From Setoptus koraiensis (Eukaryota > Animalia > Arthropoda), in contig CM106586.1 in NCBI GenBank assembly GCA_048013815.1, forward strand, positions 11,346,001-11,410,000: a DNA stretch of 64,000 nt, given 5' to 3'. A program made the translations under genes and the position numbers. The notes beneath the pieces are model-generated. The model was given only the letters and a program-made list of their open reading frames with translations, ran no database searches and was not told where the DNA came from. Numbering within the stretch: the stretch's first letter is position 1; the number at the start of each line of letters is the position of its first letter. Shown in pieces: positions 1-15,294 of the stretch.

Positions 1-102
1 ATCTGTTTTTCGATACGTTTATTGGCTTCCTTCCGCCGTTTATCCTCTTCGGCGTCATTTTTTAGTTAGCATAAAAACTTGAGGTCTCCATAATGCCCCC
101 AT
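1..102 (-). CDS. GNAS: G protein alpha-s subunit, N-terminal fragment (continues beyond the left edge; start region corrupted)
   Basis: Minus strand 62->1 reads KNDAEEDKRRKEANKRIEKQI, matching the G-alpha-s alphaN helix (human QREANKKIEKQL). An ATG GGG at 102-97 resembles the MGC start but is out of frame, in noisy sequence next to the poly-C tract. Not in the ORF track. Confidence 0.6.
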
Positions 103-129
103 GGCGATCTACCATCCTCATCTCTGCAT

Positions 130-2020
<1,891 letters not shown>

Positions 2021-3091
2021 CACAACAACAACTGAAGAACTGTCTTGTGTTTTTTATAGCTTGGTATAGCATGAACCATAAGCACTGATTGGTAGATGCA
2101 TGTGTTAACTGTAAGCCTCTAAAACAAGAGTTAAAATACAAGTGGGACATATTTTAGATAAATGCATGCTCTCACTCACACCACTATTATGATTATCATT
2201 ATAGCAAAAATATGTAATTGGAGAGATGTTTATCTATCATTACAATATGAGCACTCCAGTCTTTATCCCACAGTTCGATTGTTGTTGTGATGTCACAGGG
2301 AATCTTTTTTCCTATTTACACGACATTTGATATATCGTTTGACATAGTATATAAATATTATAATTCGTTATAAATCATCATACCGATTTTGATTGCAGAA
2401 ACGCAAAACCCTCACATACCTACAGAGGATGATTATATTACTATTGCAATAACATACAGATTATGTATTATTTTACTATTATTGCTACTATAGGACAGGA
2501 CATAAATGCCACACATCAACGGAATAGAAGATAGTACTAATTTATACTGTCACTGATCTACAATTCTATACACCTAGTGAACATCAGACAGCTGATACTA
2601 TCGCATAACAATCATCAATTATTCAGGAATGATGAGAGAACGGTTATTGAATTCAGATCACATCATCAATGACAACTTAATCAACTGTGGGATTCAATAC
2701 CAGCAGCTAACAACAACTGATTGACGATTATTCATACCGAACAACTGTCGTCGCTATATACTACGCCGCTAGTCTAGCCATTCATCCTATTGTTAATGAC
2801 AAATCAAACAAATAATCATCATGTGAACCCATGCCGATGTCTAGGATATTTCTAACGGACTCGTCCCGACAAGAATCGACACTCGAAGTGCGTGTATCAG
2901 TAGTTCACAACGATTAGCTCTCACTCAACTAAATACTAAAGAGAAAATTTAAGTTACTACTAATTGTCCCAAATGCCGAAGATATCGATTAGTAGTAGTC
3001 GGCTAATTTGAGTAACTACAATACAATTTATCATTACTAATACTACTATTGAATTCTCAGAATATTTACCTTCGATATATACAAAAAAAAA

Positions 3092-4418
3092 ATGTTGCCA
3101 GGTATAGCCATTTTTGGCACTAACAGTATGTCACAAATATTAATTCCGTCGTTGCGCCTCAATGGCTTCGACATACAAGCGATCTGGTCTAATCAATTGA
3201 AAGCCGCAATAGACATGGGCCACGACAACAATATTGATTTAGCTAGCGACCAAATAGATTCCGTACTGTTAAACAAAAACGTACAATTGATTGTAGTCGC
3301 ATGCTCACCTAATTATTATGCCAAAATATTGCCCAAAGCCACTAATTTAGGCAAACACATACTCTGTGATATATCTACATGCATATCATCAAGTCAATTC
3401 GAGAAACTAGTTTTATCTGCGATCTACTATCCTACACTATTGTCTATATTACTAAATCCATTGCGATTCTTATCCTCCAGTAAGGAAGCACATCGATTGA
3501 TAAGATCCAATTGGATAGGCGACATCAAAGTCATAACTGCCACACTAATACTGGGCAAATACTCCACACCAAACAATTGGACCGTCAGCCATGAGGACGA
3601 CACCTCAGATAAAAAACTGAACTTATCTCATCTAGAGGATTGCATGGGCGGTGGATGGTGAGTACAAAACAAAAGCGCTATTTTAATAAAATTTGTATAT
3701 TCATTATACATTTATATTATAACAATAACTCATGTTCCTTACAATATTCTTCATATGTAGCCTACATGAATTCGGGAAGCACATCATTGATTTACTCAGT
3801 TTTTTGTTCGATAGACAGGCCAAGAAGGTTATCGGAACTTGCAGGACTTACAGAAACTTTTTAGAAGCTCCCATCATAACAGAGAAATCCACCAAGCAAG
3901 AAAAAACAAAAAAATCATATAGAGTCACTGCCGATGATTTTGTTACTTTCAGTCTGGATTTCGGCGATGACAAATTGGCGAATGTCGTTTTGAACGGATA
4001 CCAAACGTGCTTAGATTTTAGTCAAGATATAGTCATAAGTGGCAGTGATGGATACTTGAGACTCAAAGATGAACATTTATATGGGTGTAGGACAAAAGAT
4101 TTTTCAACAGGGACCTATCAAGAAAAGGCCATTCTAATTGACGTCGATGAAGACTATCTTATAGACCCATCAGTTTTGATCAAGCTCAAGCCAAAGCCGT
4201 ACGTTAAAGGTTTGGATAGGCTAGTCAGTAATCTAAAGGCAACATTCACTCGGAAAAACAAGGATTCGTCTGAGGGAGATGTAAATTTAAGCAACAATTT
4301 CACCATAGATAATGAGTGTTGGTCTAAATTCGCCAACGAAGGAAGATACATTCATTCCGTTATAGATGCCATCAAGCGTTCAGATCAGAGTCTGCAGTGG
4401 ACTAAGATAGTCGTATAG
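3092..4418 (+). CDS. GFOD1: Gfo/Idh/MocA-family oxidoreductase, GFOD1-like; join(3092..3657,3761..4418), about 407 aa
   Basis: MLPGIAIFGT start, YYPTLLSIL..LRF, MGGG-C-LHEFGKHIIDLLSFL across a GTGAGT..TGTAG intron (3658-3760), and VTADDFVTF all match GFOD1/2. AATAAA at 4462. Confidence 0.93.
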
Positions 4419-7400
4419 AAAGTCAAGTTCATTTTTTTTTGAACGATTTGTTTGCTGTTCAAATAAATCTGCACCAACGAAATCTCAACAAACAAAAACT
4501 TCTTACTAATGTTTTCCATTTCAGATTATCTCTCGTGCAGGGCACAAAATAGTGTCAACTATGTCAATGAGCTTCCTCTCAGCATCGACTGAGATTTTTT
4601 CTCACACTCCTCTTTGGACACTCCTTCATTAATTAGCGTTTTCTAAGTTGATTTACTTCATCTTCAAGGGCAAACCTGTCTTTCGTAACTACACCTTTGC
4701 CGGGCTACGGATGAAGTTCTTCCTTAGCCCGCTTAATTGTGACAGTTATTGTGCTTGATTCTGTAATCAACAAGGGAACATGGTCACTAGTCTCCATGAC
4801 TTCACCTTAGGAACTGTTAAAATAGTAAGAACCTGTTGTGCAATGCAATGATATTTTATGCAGTTTGTTTTGGAGATAATCAATTAATCTATTTTGTAAC
4901 TGTTATAAGGTCACCTCTTCTTTTCTGCACTCATTACTAATCAACAAATTGTCGTTGATAAACAAACTACTTACAAAATCCTAATATATGTATACAGTGA
5001 GAAGGATGTGGTTTTGTGGCAATGATGCTTCTCTCATTTGTAGAAGTGGGTATGGTATGCTAGATATTTGCGCAAACATTGGGAGGCCTGCTTAAACTTG
5101 CATTCTTGTTAGTAAGTGATCTCACTTCATCTCTTTTTATGTAATTTAACGTATGCGCAGCATGCACCGTTATATGCGATTACATAACTGAGATAGCTAG
5201 TAAAAGAAGTCAAAAACTTGATTATATAACAGTATATTGAATCATAATGACGTTATCTTTGCTTGCCGCAGCAGTACGAAATGATAGTTTGTATTGTAAG
5301 GTATGACCTTGTGCAAGTTTGAGTGCATATTTAAGGACACTAGCTTGACCATAGCTATGACAAGTAGTAGTAGTGGTGTTAGTAGTAGTAGTAGTTGCAG
5401 TATATCAACTACCTTGTAAATAAACAGATCATGATCTAGTTCTAGCGATGATTAACATCGTGATTCACTAATGATATGAGTTGGCACCTTGGCCACAACA
5501 ACAGCAGCTGCTGCTATAAATATAACGGGCATCTTGTTGTCGTTGCGGCAACCGGTTGAGTCAACTAAATAAGTGTTTTAGTTGCTGTAGTTGTTGCTGT
5601 TGGTTTTGAAAATGCTAATGCCAATGATGATGAATAAAAGGATGGGAAATAACCATCATCATCATCAAAAACTACATTGAATTCAGAACATTCAAGTAAT
5701 CCGCCTCTAACAACGAATGAGCCTCAGCTCAGCATGTCGCTCTCTAATGATCTATCGTATGCATTATTTCTTTGATATCAACTGGAATGATTCGAATAAA
5801 GAAAGAAAAAAAGTTAGCCAGTTGATGGCGACGACGATGTAAATTGAAATAAAATAGATGAGAAAAAACTGATAATAGTTATTGTCCAATCAAGCACCAC
5901 CATTATCGGCCATCAGCAGCAGCAGCAGTTTGATATAAGCAGCATATATTTGTAACGATGGTGGTGGTGATGATGATGATGATGGTAGTCCTAACTACCA
6001 TTACTAAAAGCAACAGCAGCAGCATCACCGTGAGGTAAATGTAAATCCTTTCTAGAACACAAATGACTTGACCCATATTTTTGGTCATTGTGGCGCCAAT
6101 GTGTTCAGCGAAAGAGCGAGCAAGCTAGCGAGGAGGAGAGAAGAATGGAGATTATTACTATAAACAGCAATAACTTTGATTAGGCCATGCTTATCAGCAT
6201 GGAGAGGATGATGATTATTACTTGGATGATGATCCTTTCTATTGTTGGCGATTGATCTAGCAAGAGAAGCCTGAGCGAGCGCCTGAATGCGAGCTAGCCA
6301 ACGAGATAGGCGAGTCAAAGGGAGAGGATGCAGCGTCAGAGAAAGAGATAGTATCTTTTTGTCGGCCAATAACATTAGATGGACACACAGAGTTCACCCC
6401 ATCATCTTTCTCCTTCGGAAATCAAAAGTATAATAACATGGAGCAACAGCTTCAAACAGCAACAACAACGACGACGACGAGAAAAGTAGGCTACACAGCA
6501 ACATGTCTAGCCCGTGTCAAAACTATACACACATTACAGTTGGTCGTGATTACATTGGTCTCAATAGAAAACTGCCACTACTACCAGTAGGTATTTGTTG
6601 CATGTATCAACTATGATGTATACACAATTATGCAATGGCATTCCTTTCTTCCTATCATTTTGCCTCGTATCGTTATTTCGATATCACTATCATCGCAACA
6701 ATTTGTCATAACAACACGATCTGCAATCTTCATCACACAATAAGTGGGTTACTCACGAAAATGTCCTTATAATATCTCTCTATGGTTCTTCGCAATACCT
6801 TGCCTCATGCGCTTTCATGATTTTTAAGTTTAAGTTTGAGAGTTTGCTCAATCATGTGATGCGACGAGACTTAGCCTTTCGTAGTAGCTATCACTCTCTC
6901 ATTAAGTATCGCAAGCATTTGAGAGATCTAGATCAAAGAAAGTTTCTTCTCAGACAATTTCAACTGTTGCTAAAAGAAAAAGCAACAAAATAGCTGCAAA
7001 AAACAGTTATCTGTTTGTATGATCAATTACTGGCCAGAAAGAAGGTGCAAGAGCAAGAGAGTTGAAAAGAAAATAGAGAAAAAGATAGGTGGAGATGAAG
7101 ACGGAGACTCAGATAAAGGGAGCGATGGAGAAGAATGTTGCAACTTGCTGCAGAGAATTACAACGCCTGGGTTACTTTCTCACTTGTTTCTTCGCCAGTA
7201 TAACGTCCTGTTTTTGACCTCAACAACAACAACAACGGCAACTTTGGCCATAATCAGACAGTGCATTTCGTTTCTAACTCCGAGAGACGTCCATCTGTCT
7301 GTTTATGCTGGACAAGCTCGCCGGCTTTGTAGTGAGACTTGTTAGAGAAACTCATCGAGCCTCATCATGGCACTATGTTGGTCATCAAAAAGGTCAGCAG

Positions 7401-9106
7401 CCTTGATTAGTTTCGCTATTTTCTTTATTGTTTCGATGTCTTATCAAACAATACTTGTTATAACGCACGCAATATATTAACAGCGAAGCATTGAGGAAGA
7501 TCGTGTGATCCATCCATCAGTTTGATCAATCAAAAGTCAAAGAAGCATCTAAAGATGAGGTGGGCACAATGCTATTGTTTGACTCAGTTGATTATCATAA
7601 CGAGCATATTTTTCATCACACATCTGAATTCATGTTTGGCAGCCGGCGTCACTGATCTCGCCGGCGAATCCACTTTCCAATTTTTCTCCATTCTCTCCAC
7701 ACTATAACACGGCAACAGAGTGACCTGTCCGATGTTTCAAGCTTGTCGATAATCACCGCTCATGAAGGCAGCTGAAGTGACGGCAACAAAGTCAAATTTA
7801 CTATTATCCAGCTATCATCATCATCATCATAACGTTATACTAACGGTATTTGCATGATTCTCACCGAGCACAATACTTATATCAAGTTGAGTATTATAAC
7901 GATAAATGTGTGCGAATAAATGGTTAGTTGCATTTATTAAAATTTGAGTTAGTTATCATCATTGCTGAGAACTGATGGGAATGATGCAACATCCGTTCAT
8001 AAAATTAGTTAGTCAACAAAGTAAGATGGCTGATCATAGTTTATAGTTAGCAACTATTTGAATTTTGAAGCCAAAATATGCTTGTTTGTTGGCTTGTTTG
8101 CACTGTGTGTTGCCTAATGGCATTTTGTATTATTGTGTGTATTGTGGTGACCATTAAGACTGAGACGCTTGTGTGAAATCCTGTTTTATAAACAAGTGAG
8201 TTGGTTGTTGCAGTTGATCTTGAATTGGAACTGCTGGTGCTGCTGCTACAATGCCAAATGTATGTTATCCATGCATATCCAGTTTATACACACTAAGTCA
8301 GTAGTATATAGTTATACTGACTCAACCTGGCCAATAGCAACAGCCTCGGCAGCAACTACTACCGAGTTATTTGAACACTAGTTGTTGTTTCATGAGCGCC
8401 ATGACTCACACACCGAAGACACACACCGTTACAGCAAACCGTTACTAGATAACTGTAAACAAGATCTCGAGGATCGACAGACAGACGGACACCGTCTGAG
8501 TAACTGACTGACTGACTGACATACAAATCATAGATACCGCCAATAATAATAATGAATAAGAAGATACAGATTCCCCCATTTGGTCAAGTGTGTGTGTGTG
8601 TGTGTGTGTGTTGAATTTTCGCTTCTTCGCCTATGCTAGCGTAACCTGGTCTGCCGTTCATCACCAAGATCATGAGCTAGCCATCCAGCCAGTCAGTCGG
8701 CCAGCCAGCTAGCCACTCAGCCACCTGTTGATATGCAAGTTGGCTGTCCGTTGGAGCTTATCATTCTCAAGATGTTGCCGTTGTTGCAGTGTTGTTTTTG
8801 TGTGTTAGTGGTGGCTATAAACAAGCCAGTTAATGATTTGTCAGTTGCCTCATTGAGAGTTATTCTAAGATCCTCTTAGCATGGAGTGGCCAGAGGAATT
8901 CAGGTGAGCAAGCTCAGGTGAGTGGTAGGGAGTTGGTGTGGCTGCTCCAGAGAGGTACAAGTTGTGTGATAGCCGTAGGAGGGGATTATAAATAAAAAAG
9001 GGAAGGGCATAGAGAGCCAAAAGAATGAACTTGCTGATTCTGTTGTTGTATGGTACACTAAGATCATGGTCATAAAACTGCGACGAGGACGGCCATCATG
9101 ACGACG

Positions 9107-9158
9107 ACGACGACGCTGATGATGATGATGATGGTGGCGATGATGATGGTGGCGATGG

Positions 9159-9223
<65 letters not shown>

Positions 9224-9238
9224 GTGATGATAATGATG
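9107..9238. repeat. (GAT)n microsatellite
   Basis: Long run of gat triplets seen directly. Confidence 0.95.
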
Positions 9239-10243
9239 AATAGGTAACTCGCTGACCTAACATTGTAGTAAATATGTGCCAATAGTTCTTGTGGCGCTTC
9301 TCCTGGAGCGCGGCTCAGCAGTGAAGGGGAGGAATTTGCCTCAACGGCTAGCCAGCGTCCGTGTAACGGATACTGCTAGACGAGGGCTATTCTGGCCCTT
9401 GTAGTCACATCACAAAGAAACTATGCGTGAGCTGGATAAATTAGTGTGCAAAAATAGTGGTCAATAGCGCTGGCTATCTTTGCACTAAATCTACAACTTA
9501 GTGAGCGGGACAGAAAGAGAGACAGAGACAGAGAGAAATTTTTTACAGTTGCCTAGACACACACATACAGCAATGAGCATTTGTTTGTGACTCAAACGTC
9601 TCGAAGGTTCTCAAAGGTAACATCAATCAGAGTGCCTGCTCCCCTTTTCTCTGACCACTCTGACTTTAAGACACAGACACACTTGCAAGATTGTTAATAT
9701 CATTATCATTGTCAATGTGGTATAGACAACAACAGCAAACAGAATACGAGTCCGAATACGACACATAGACGCTGTTGCTGCTGCTGCTGCTGCTGCTGTT
9801 ATCATATTCATCATCGTCATCATCATCGTCAGACAAATCATAAGATAGGAGATGAGATGATCATGATCTAAATCAAGATAGATTCAAACTTCATTCATTT
9901 GACTTCGAACACCAAACATACAACGTTATCCGAGAGCCAGTGTTAGGCTTCGTTCGTCTTGTTATTACATCATAGCAACTTAACAGCATAACGTCGCATC
10001 GTAGCAGCACACTACCGCAAGAGTGGCTGTGATCAATACTCATTATTACATAATATCACAAACAGCAACAACAATTATACAACTGCCCATTTTTTGGTCT
10101 TGATCAAACCAACGAAAGTTGATCATCATTCACTTAAATTAGTTGGCATAATATTCACTATTTTCCTATAGTCAATATAATAATTTATATATCTCGCATA
10201 TCAGTGATTGAGGTAAATTCATATTCCAATATAGTACAGTAAC

Positions 10244-10259
10244 ACACACACATACACAC

Positions 10260-10302
<43 letters not shown>

Positions 10303-10325
10303 CACATACACACACACATACACAC
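10244..10325. repeat. (CA)n microsatellite
   Basis: Seen directly. Other simple repeats lie at about 8588-8610 (TG), 31738-31760 (TA), 42027-42093 (CT/CA), 45974-46040 (CT/TA) and 57426-57500 (TA/GA). Confidence 0.95.
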
Positions 10326-10706
10326 TTACACTCCTACACAACAAACGAACTTTAGATTAATGTAGCAAACAATTTATTCTTATTTAGACATAGATAGACC
10401 AAACACCTATATGCACATAGGCTACATATTTATTGTTTCGTATTTGTTGAGTTACCACATTATCTAACCATTATCACCCGCTATTCGATTCAATCAAATT
10501 CTAACACATCATCGTCATTATAGAAAGTAAGCAAGTCAATATAATAGTTCCGGTGAAATCTTTGTTCCAAGCATCAAATATGGATCGAAAAATTAGTTTA
10601 GTAAGTTTTATTGCACATACACACATACACACCGAGTGATTCTGATTGCAAACTCGATGATGATATAACTTTCAAACGAATACTTATTACTATATTAAAA
10701 CTCACA

Positions 10707-12598
10707 ATGATAGCCAAGATAACTAATGATCTCTACTCTTGCCGTCGCCATCGTTTGTTTCATGTGTCAAATCAGACCTTGCTTTGCCTCATGATGTTGG
10801 TGGGCATGTCATTAGTTTGCTGTTCCCAGCCAGAATCAAACAACGAGGAATCGTCCAATAGCAACAAAGTGAACAAACTAGCCACTAGCAAACTTCGAGC
10901 CACAAGAAGTCTTGGTGATATGATGGAAAAAGTGAAAAATAAAATATTTGGTAGCAGAAAACAGAGTGCAGCCGTTGCTCAAAACATCAATTCACAAAGA
11001 TGGAACAGCGATCCCATGAGCGCGGTATGTTAATCTATAATTATCTGTCTAATTAATCTACAATTGATATTGCTCATATCATTTGATTTTTTTCAATTTT
11101 CAATTTCCAAACTACTAAACTTGTACCATTGAACATAATGTTAAACTGTGATATCTATCTCGCTTTCCAACAATCTCCATCAACACCAATATTGCTCCAA
11201 CAGGCCAACTCGTACCAACAGGCGTCGCAATACAATCCATACTCGTCATTGTCTAGTTACCAGTGGCCTAGCCAGAATGGTCAATCTTACTTGAACCAAC
11301 AATACAATCCAAACATGTTCATGAATTCGGCAGCCTCCTCATACTCGCCTTCTGCCTCCTCATTCAGTCAAGGTTTAGATGCTGGACAACAGCAGTTGTC
11401 TGCAGCAAACCCGTCAGGCAGCAGCGGAGGTGGCCTATTTTCAGCGGCCTCACACCTAATTGCGCAATATATGGCCCCATCGTCGGCCGGCTCATCGCAA
11501 TCTTCGTCAGTTTCATCGGTATCACCAGGTCAATCAAGCTCATTGGGCTCGCTCATGGGCAATCAACAATCTAACCCATTGTCACAATCGGGCGTAGGTC
11601 AAGTTGGTTCTCATCAACAATCGGCAGCTAACGGAGCCAACTCATTGATACCAGCGTCACAACAAAGCAATTACAATGATTTCGCTCAATTATTGGACAC
11701 AATGGTCGCCAACAGCGGTGTACGTAACTCGCCCAGCATGAACCAATATCTGTCAGGCTCAAATTCGCCCAGTTCATTAGGTCAATCAATGCAATCAACT
11801 GGACCAAGTGGCCTAGTTGGTGGTCAGTCGGTGCCCTATCAAACTAATGGACAGGGATCAGCCTCGATTAGCGGACCTAGCAGCTCTTACTCGGCCAATG
11901 GAGGATTAGATCACGATATGTCGTCGTCGAACACAGTTCAAACTTACATGCCTGGACCACAACAACAACAAGCCAGCGCAAGTAGCCAACACAAATCTCC
12001 CATGGTCAGTTTAGCCGAGAATCTAGCACCTGGAGCCCAATTCAACAAGCTAGTATCGTTTCCATTTTCGTTGACATCGAACGAGGATTCAACTGAGAAG
12101 GGCAAATTCAAATTGCACATTCCATTCATGAATCAACATGTTAAACGCATGTCAACAGATTCAACACCAAACTCTAGCAGTGGTAATAGTGTACAAAGAC
12201 AACAACAGCAACAACAACAATTATATAATGCCTACTTAAACAATCAACATCAACAAGCAAACAACAACAACAACTACTACAGTAACATGTTATCATCATC
12301 AGGATCTCAGATGTCGGCTCAAGCATCACAAATATCACCAGTGAATGTTGCACCATCATCTAGCCAATTGATATCACCATCATCGTCCTCCATGTTGCCA
12401 TCGTCAGCATCAGCATCATCGTCATCATCATCATCATTATTACAAAACTCTCGTCCTGTTTGGTCAACAGCAGATCTACAAGCAAGCTCATCTAAGCTAA
12501 CACCAATCTCATCCGTTGTTGCTCCATCGTCATCATCATCATCTGTGTCATCATCTGTATCATCATCGGCATCTGGATCAAATCCATCTTCCACGTGA
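10707..12598 (+). CDS. Orphan secreted Ser/Gln/Gly-rich low-complexity protein; join(10707..11024,11204..12598), about 570 aa
   Basis: Hydrophobic signal-like stretch (TLLCLMMLVGMSLVCCS). Phase-0 GTATGT donor at 11025. The intron contains no AG until CAG at 11201-11203, which rejoins the long open frame. No family recognised. Confidence 0.75.
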
Positions 12599-13119
12599 AA
12601 GTTTTTTTCTTAAATATCTTATTTTTCTACATAATAACTTTATTTAAAAATTCCACAAAAGAAGACAGATCAGATCGGATCAGACCGGATCAGATTAGTA
12701 AAGATCTAGGTTACAAATGTGTGAGTGATTAGAATTCATTTGTGTATGCGTGTGTGCTTGCCGAAATTTGCTAAAAAATCTTGTCTCATATATGAAACGA
12801 TTATACTTAAGTGATCATGTTGATAAATGAAAATGAGTTTCATACGAACTACAACAACAAATGAGACATATGTGGCACGGTCACCACCACCGTACAGAGC
12901 GTATTGATACAACAAACATCGGTGTCATCTATAGCGACGGGAGAAGTACATATAAAAGTAGTTTTATAATAACGTTGTCATTAAATTATATACATTCAAA
13001 CAAAGTCCAATGCTAAATTAATAATATAAATATAACTTTACGCTTTTTCTCATTAGTGTTTCCAATGTATATGTGAATAATACTTCTTTATTGGTTAGAC
13101 AGTAGAACAAAAAATACCT

Positions 13120-14061
13120 CTAATTTATTCTGACATTCTCATTGTTAAGTCTATTGCATCTGTATGTTTCATAATGAACTTCTCTGGTTACGTCCTTGAG
13201 GTCACTCATATGCATGACGAGCATAGATTTAAGCAGAGGGAAATCGCTATGTTCGGGGTTGTCGATATCAAACTTACCCCACGGGTAGAGCCTCTCCTTG
13301 AAGCCACTGCTGTGAAGATTCTTTTCTTTCGAGCAAACAGCAAATGGCGTGGCCGCCTTGATCGCCTTTGAATGAAGCTCATATTCGGTGTCGGCCTCAT
13401 CGGGATCAGGTTCTTGTATGGTATAGATTTTGATGTTATGTTTGGCAAAATCTTGTAATATTCTTTTCTTCAGAGATTCTCGTTCCTTGGGGCCTAGAGC
13501 GTCTGCTTTGGCAATTATGGGCACAACGTTCACTTTTTCATGAACTTTCAATAAAAACTCTCTATCTAGTGGCTTCAAACCGAACCCTAACGGCGAGATA
13601 AAATAAAATAGACAATGTATTCGCGTGTCAACAATTTGATTTCTGTTGGTTCCGTTCTCATCATTGAAATATTTCGCAAATTGTTCATCTATATGCCGTA
13701 TAATCGGTTGATAGTTGTCGGTGCAGTCTAGGGCATCGCCGTAATTGAGACAATCAACAACTTTTAATTTGAGCTTGACGCCCGATTCTTCGATATCGAA
13801 TTGGTTGGTCACAATTTCAACCTTTTTATCTAATAGATCTTCAACATGGGTGAATTTTTTGTCGTGACTGTCAATATCGTGGTTAAAAAGGCTACTCACA
13901 AGAGTAGATTTGCCTAGGCCTGATTCACCCACTATCATGAGATTGAACTCAAATCCTTTCTTGGCCGATTTCCTTGTGAGCTGAGCGGGTAAACTGGCAA
14001 AAGTCATGGTTGTGGTGGCTTGCGAAACCATAGACATTGAATCGTCGTTTAGGGTCTTCAT
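13120..14061 (-). CDS. Sep1: Septin, SEPT2 group (Sep1-like), divergent, single exon as seen, about 313 aa
   Basis: GFEFNLMIVGESGLGKST (G1), RIHCLFYFISP, GLKPLD, IIAKAD (G4), LYPWG and VHYETYR. A short upstream exon is not excluded. Minus-strand AATAAA at 13088-13093. Confidence 0.93.
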   Translation of the reverse strand: MKTLNDDSMSMVSQATTTMTFASLPAQLTRKSAKKGFEFNLMIVGESGLGKSTLVSSLFNHDIDSHDKKFTHVEDLLDKKVEIVTNQFDIEESGVKLKLKVVDCLNYGDALDCTDNYQPIIRHIDEQFAKYFNDENGTNRNQIVDTRIHCLFYFISPLGFGLKPLDREFLLKVHEKVNVVPIIAKADALGPKERESLKKRILQDFAKHNIKIYTIQEPDPDEADTEYELHSKAIKAATPFAVCSKEKNLHSSGFKERLYPWGKFDIDNPEHSDFPLLKSMLVMHMSDLKDVTREVHYETYRCNRLNNENVRIN

Positions 14062-15285
14062 CGTATAATTTATGTGAAATGTATTTCTAAGATTAAAATC
14101 AAATATGTGAGATGAACATGTGATAATTAGCAATGATGTTGCGATGATAAGAATCGATTGTTCGAGTGGACTTGTTGATCAAGCGATACGCTCTTCTTGG
14201 AACCGGGCGACAGTGTGCGCGTACCGCGGACGCGTTGCCGATCAACGTTTACGTTCGACACGATAAACTCAACGGTCAATTGTGTGCGCCAGAAACAGAA
14301 AAGTACAGTGTGTTCCACAAAGGTGAACGGTGTTTCAGTACAGCCGCATGGCTATCAAGAGACCCAGTGTTGAGGCAATCGACAGTAAGAAAGTCAGATA
14401 TTGTTTGTGTCCGCAAACAATTGACAAATGAAATGGGTTTGTGACAATAGTTAATATATTCAAAATGATACCACGGGCCCGACAATCAGTGTCGAGAGAG
14501 TGAGAGGAGAACACAAGCTTTTGTGTCGTTTTTGGCCCAAAGTTTAGATTGCTGTTGGTTGGCTGGCCCGCGCGAGGGACGGTCAACATTTATCCAGCCA
14601 TTATGACCATTGTGAGTATTGCGGTCAGAAACGAGTGCCAACAAGAGATAACAAGGAGTCGAATTGTTGCTTTTGGTCTAGCGCCCAAACATCGATTTTG
14701 TGCCGAATTTATATGTATATGTACGAGTTCTCTGGTGGGGGATAAACGGTGTTGTGTTCCCTCGCGCCAGCGTCAAAGTTAATAACATAGCATGTTTGCT
14801 CATCAAATGAAATTGATTTTGTTTTTTTACTGAATTCGCACACTCTGTCAGTGGAGCTTCTGCGTGCATTGCTGTCAAGGGAACCAACTAAATGGTGCAT
14901 TTGTGTGTCAAACTTGTTGTTGTTGTCTTGCAGTGATGCTGCTGGCTCGTCTGCTGTTACACACACAAAGAGAGAGAGAGACACGCTCTAAACAAGAGAG
15001 AAAAAGTATCGATCGAACGGTGGGTGAGAAGAACGAAATCCCCTACCAGAAACCAGGGCTGTGCTGCACACAGAAACGAACTGTTCTACAGAGCGAGATG
15101 TGCTGCCTACTCTGGTTACATTGGTGTGTGTTGTGTGCGGCGCTGCAGCGGCGCCTCGGGTTCATTCTGTTACGCACACGACAGCGATCTGTGCTGACCC
15201 AGTATCTATTGTGCTCGTTACAAGATGCACGTTGAAAAGCACGCCAGAATGGTGCCTGGAAACTAGTAACTTGTTGTCCGCGCCC

Positions 15286-15294
15286 TATAAATAG
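15286..15294 (+). promoter_or_regulatory. Candidate TATA box upstream of the FRMPD4-like gene
   Basis: CCC-TATAAATAG in the divergent septin/FRMPD intergenic region. Motif match only. Confidence 0.3.

Noticed and set aside
2954-2998. Inverted repeat (TACTACTAAT..ATTAGTAGTA) as a possible pre-miRNA
   Set aside because: Stem of only about 12 bp built from low-complexity (TAC/GTA) sequence.
4560-4810. Minus-strand ETSDHVPLLI, resembling the SDHxP end of non-LTR retrotransposon endonucleases
   Set aside because: One short motif among stops, with no other endonuclease or reverse-transcriptase motif nearby. Not enough to call.
5903-9841. Many 60-110 aa ORFs (poly-I, poly-A, poly-T/L), including a signal-like ORF at 7554-7707
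   Set aside because: They arise from (ATC), (CAG) and (CAA) microsatellites. The signal-like ORF has no canonical donor and stops early.
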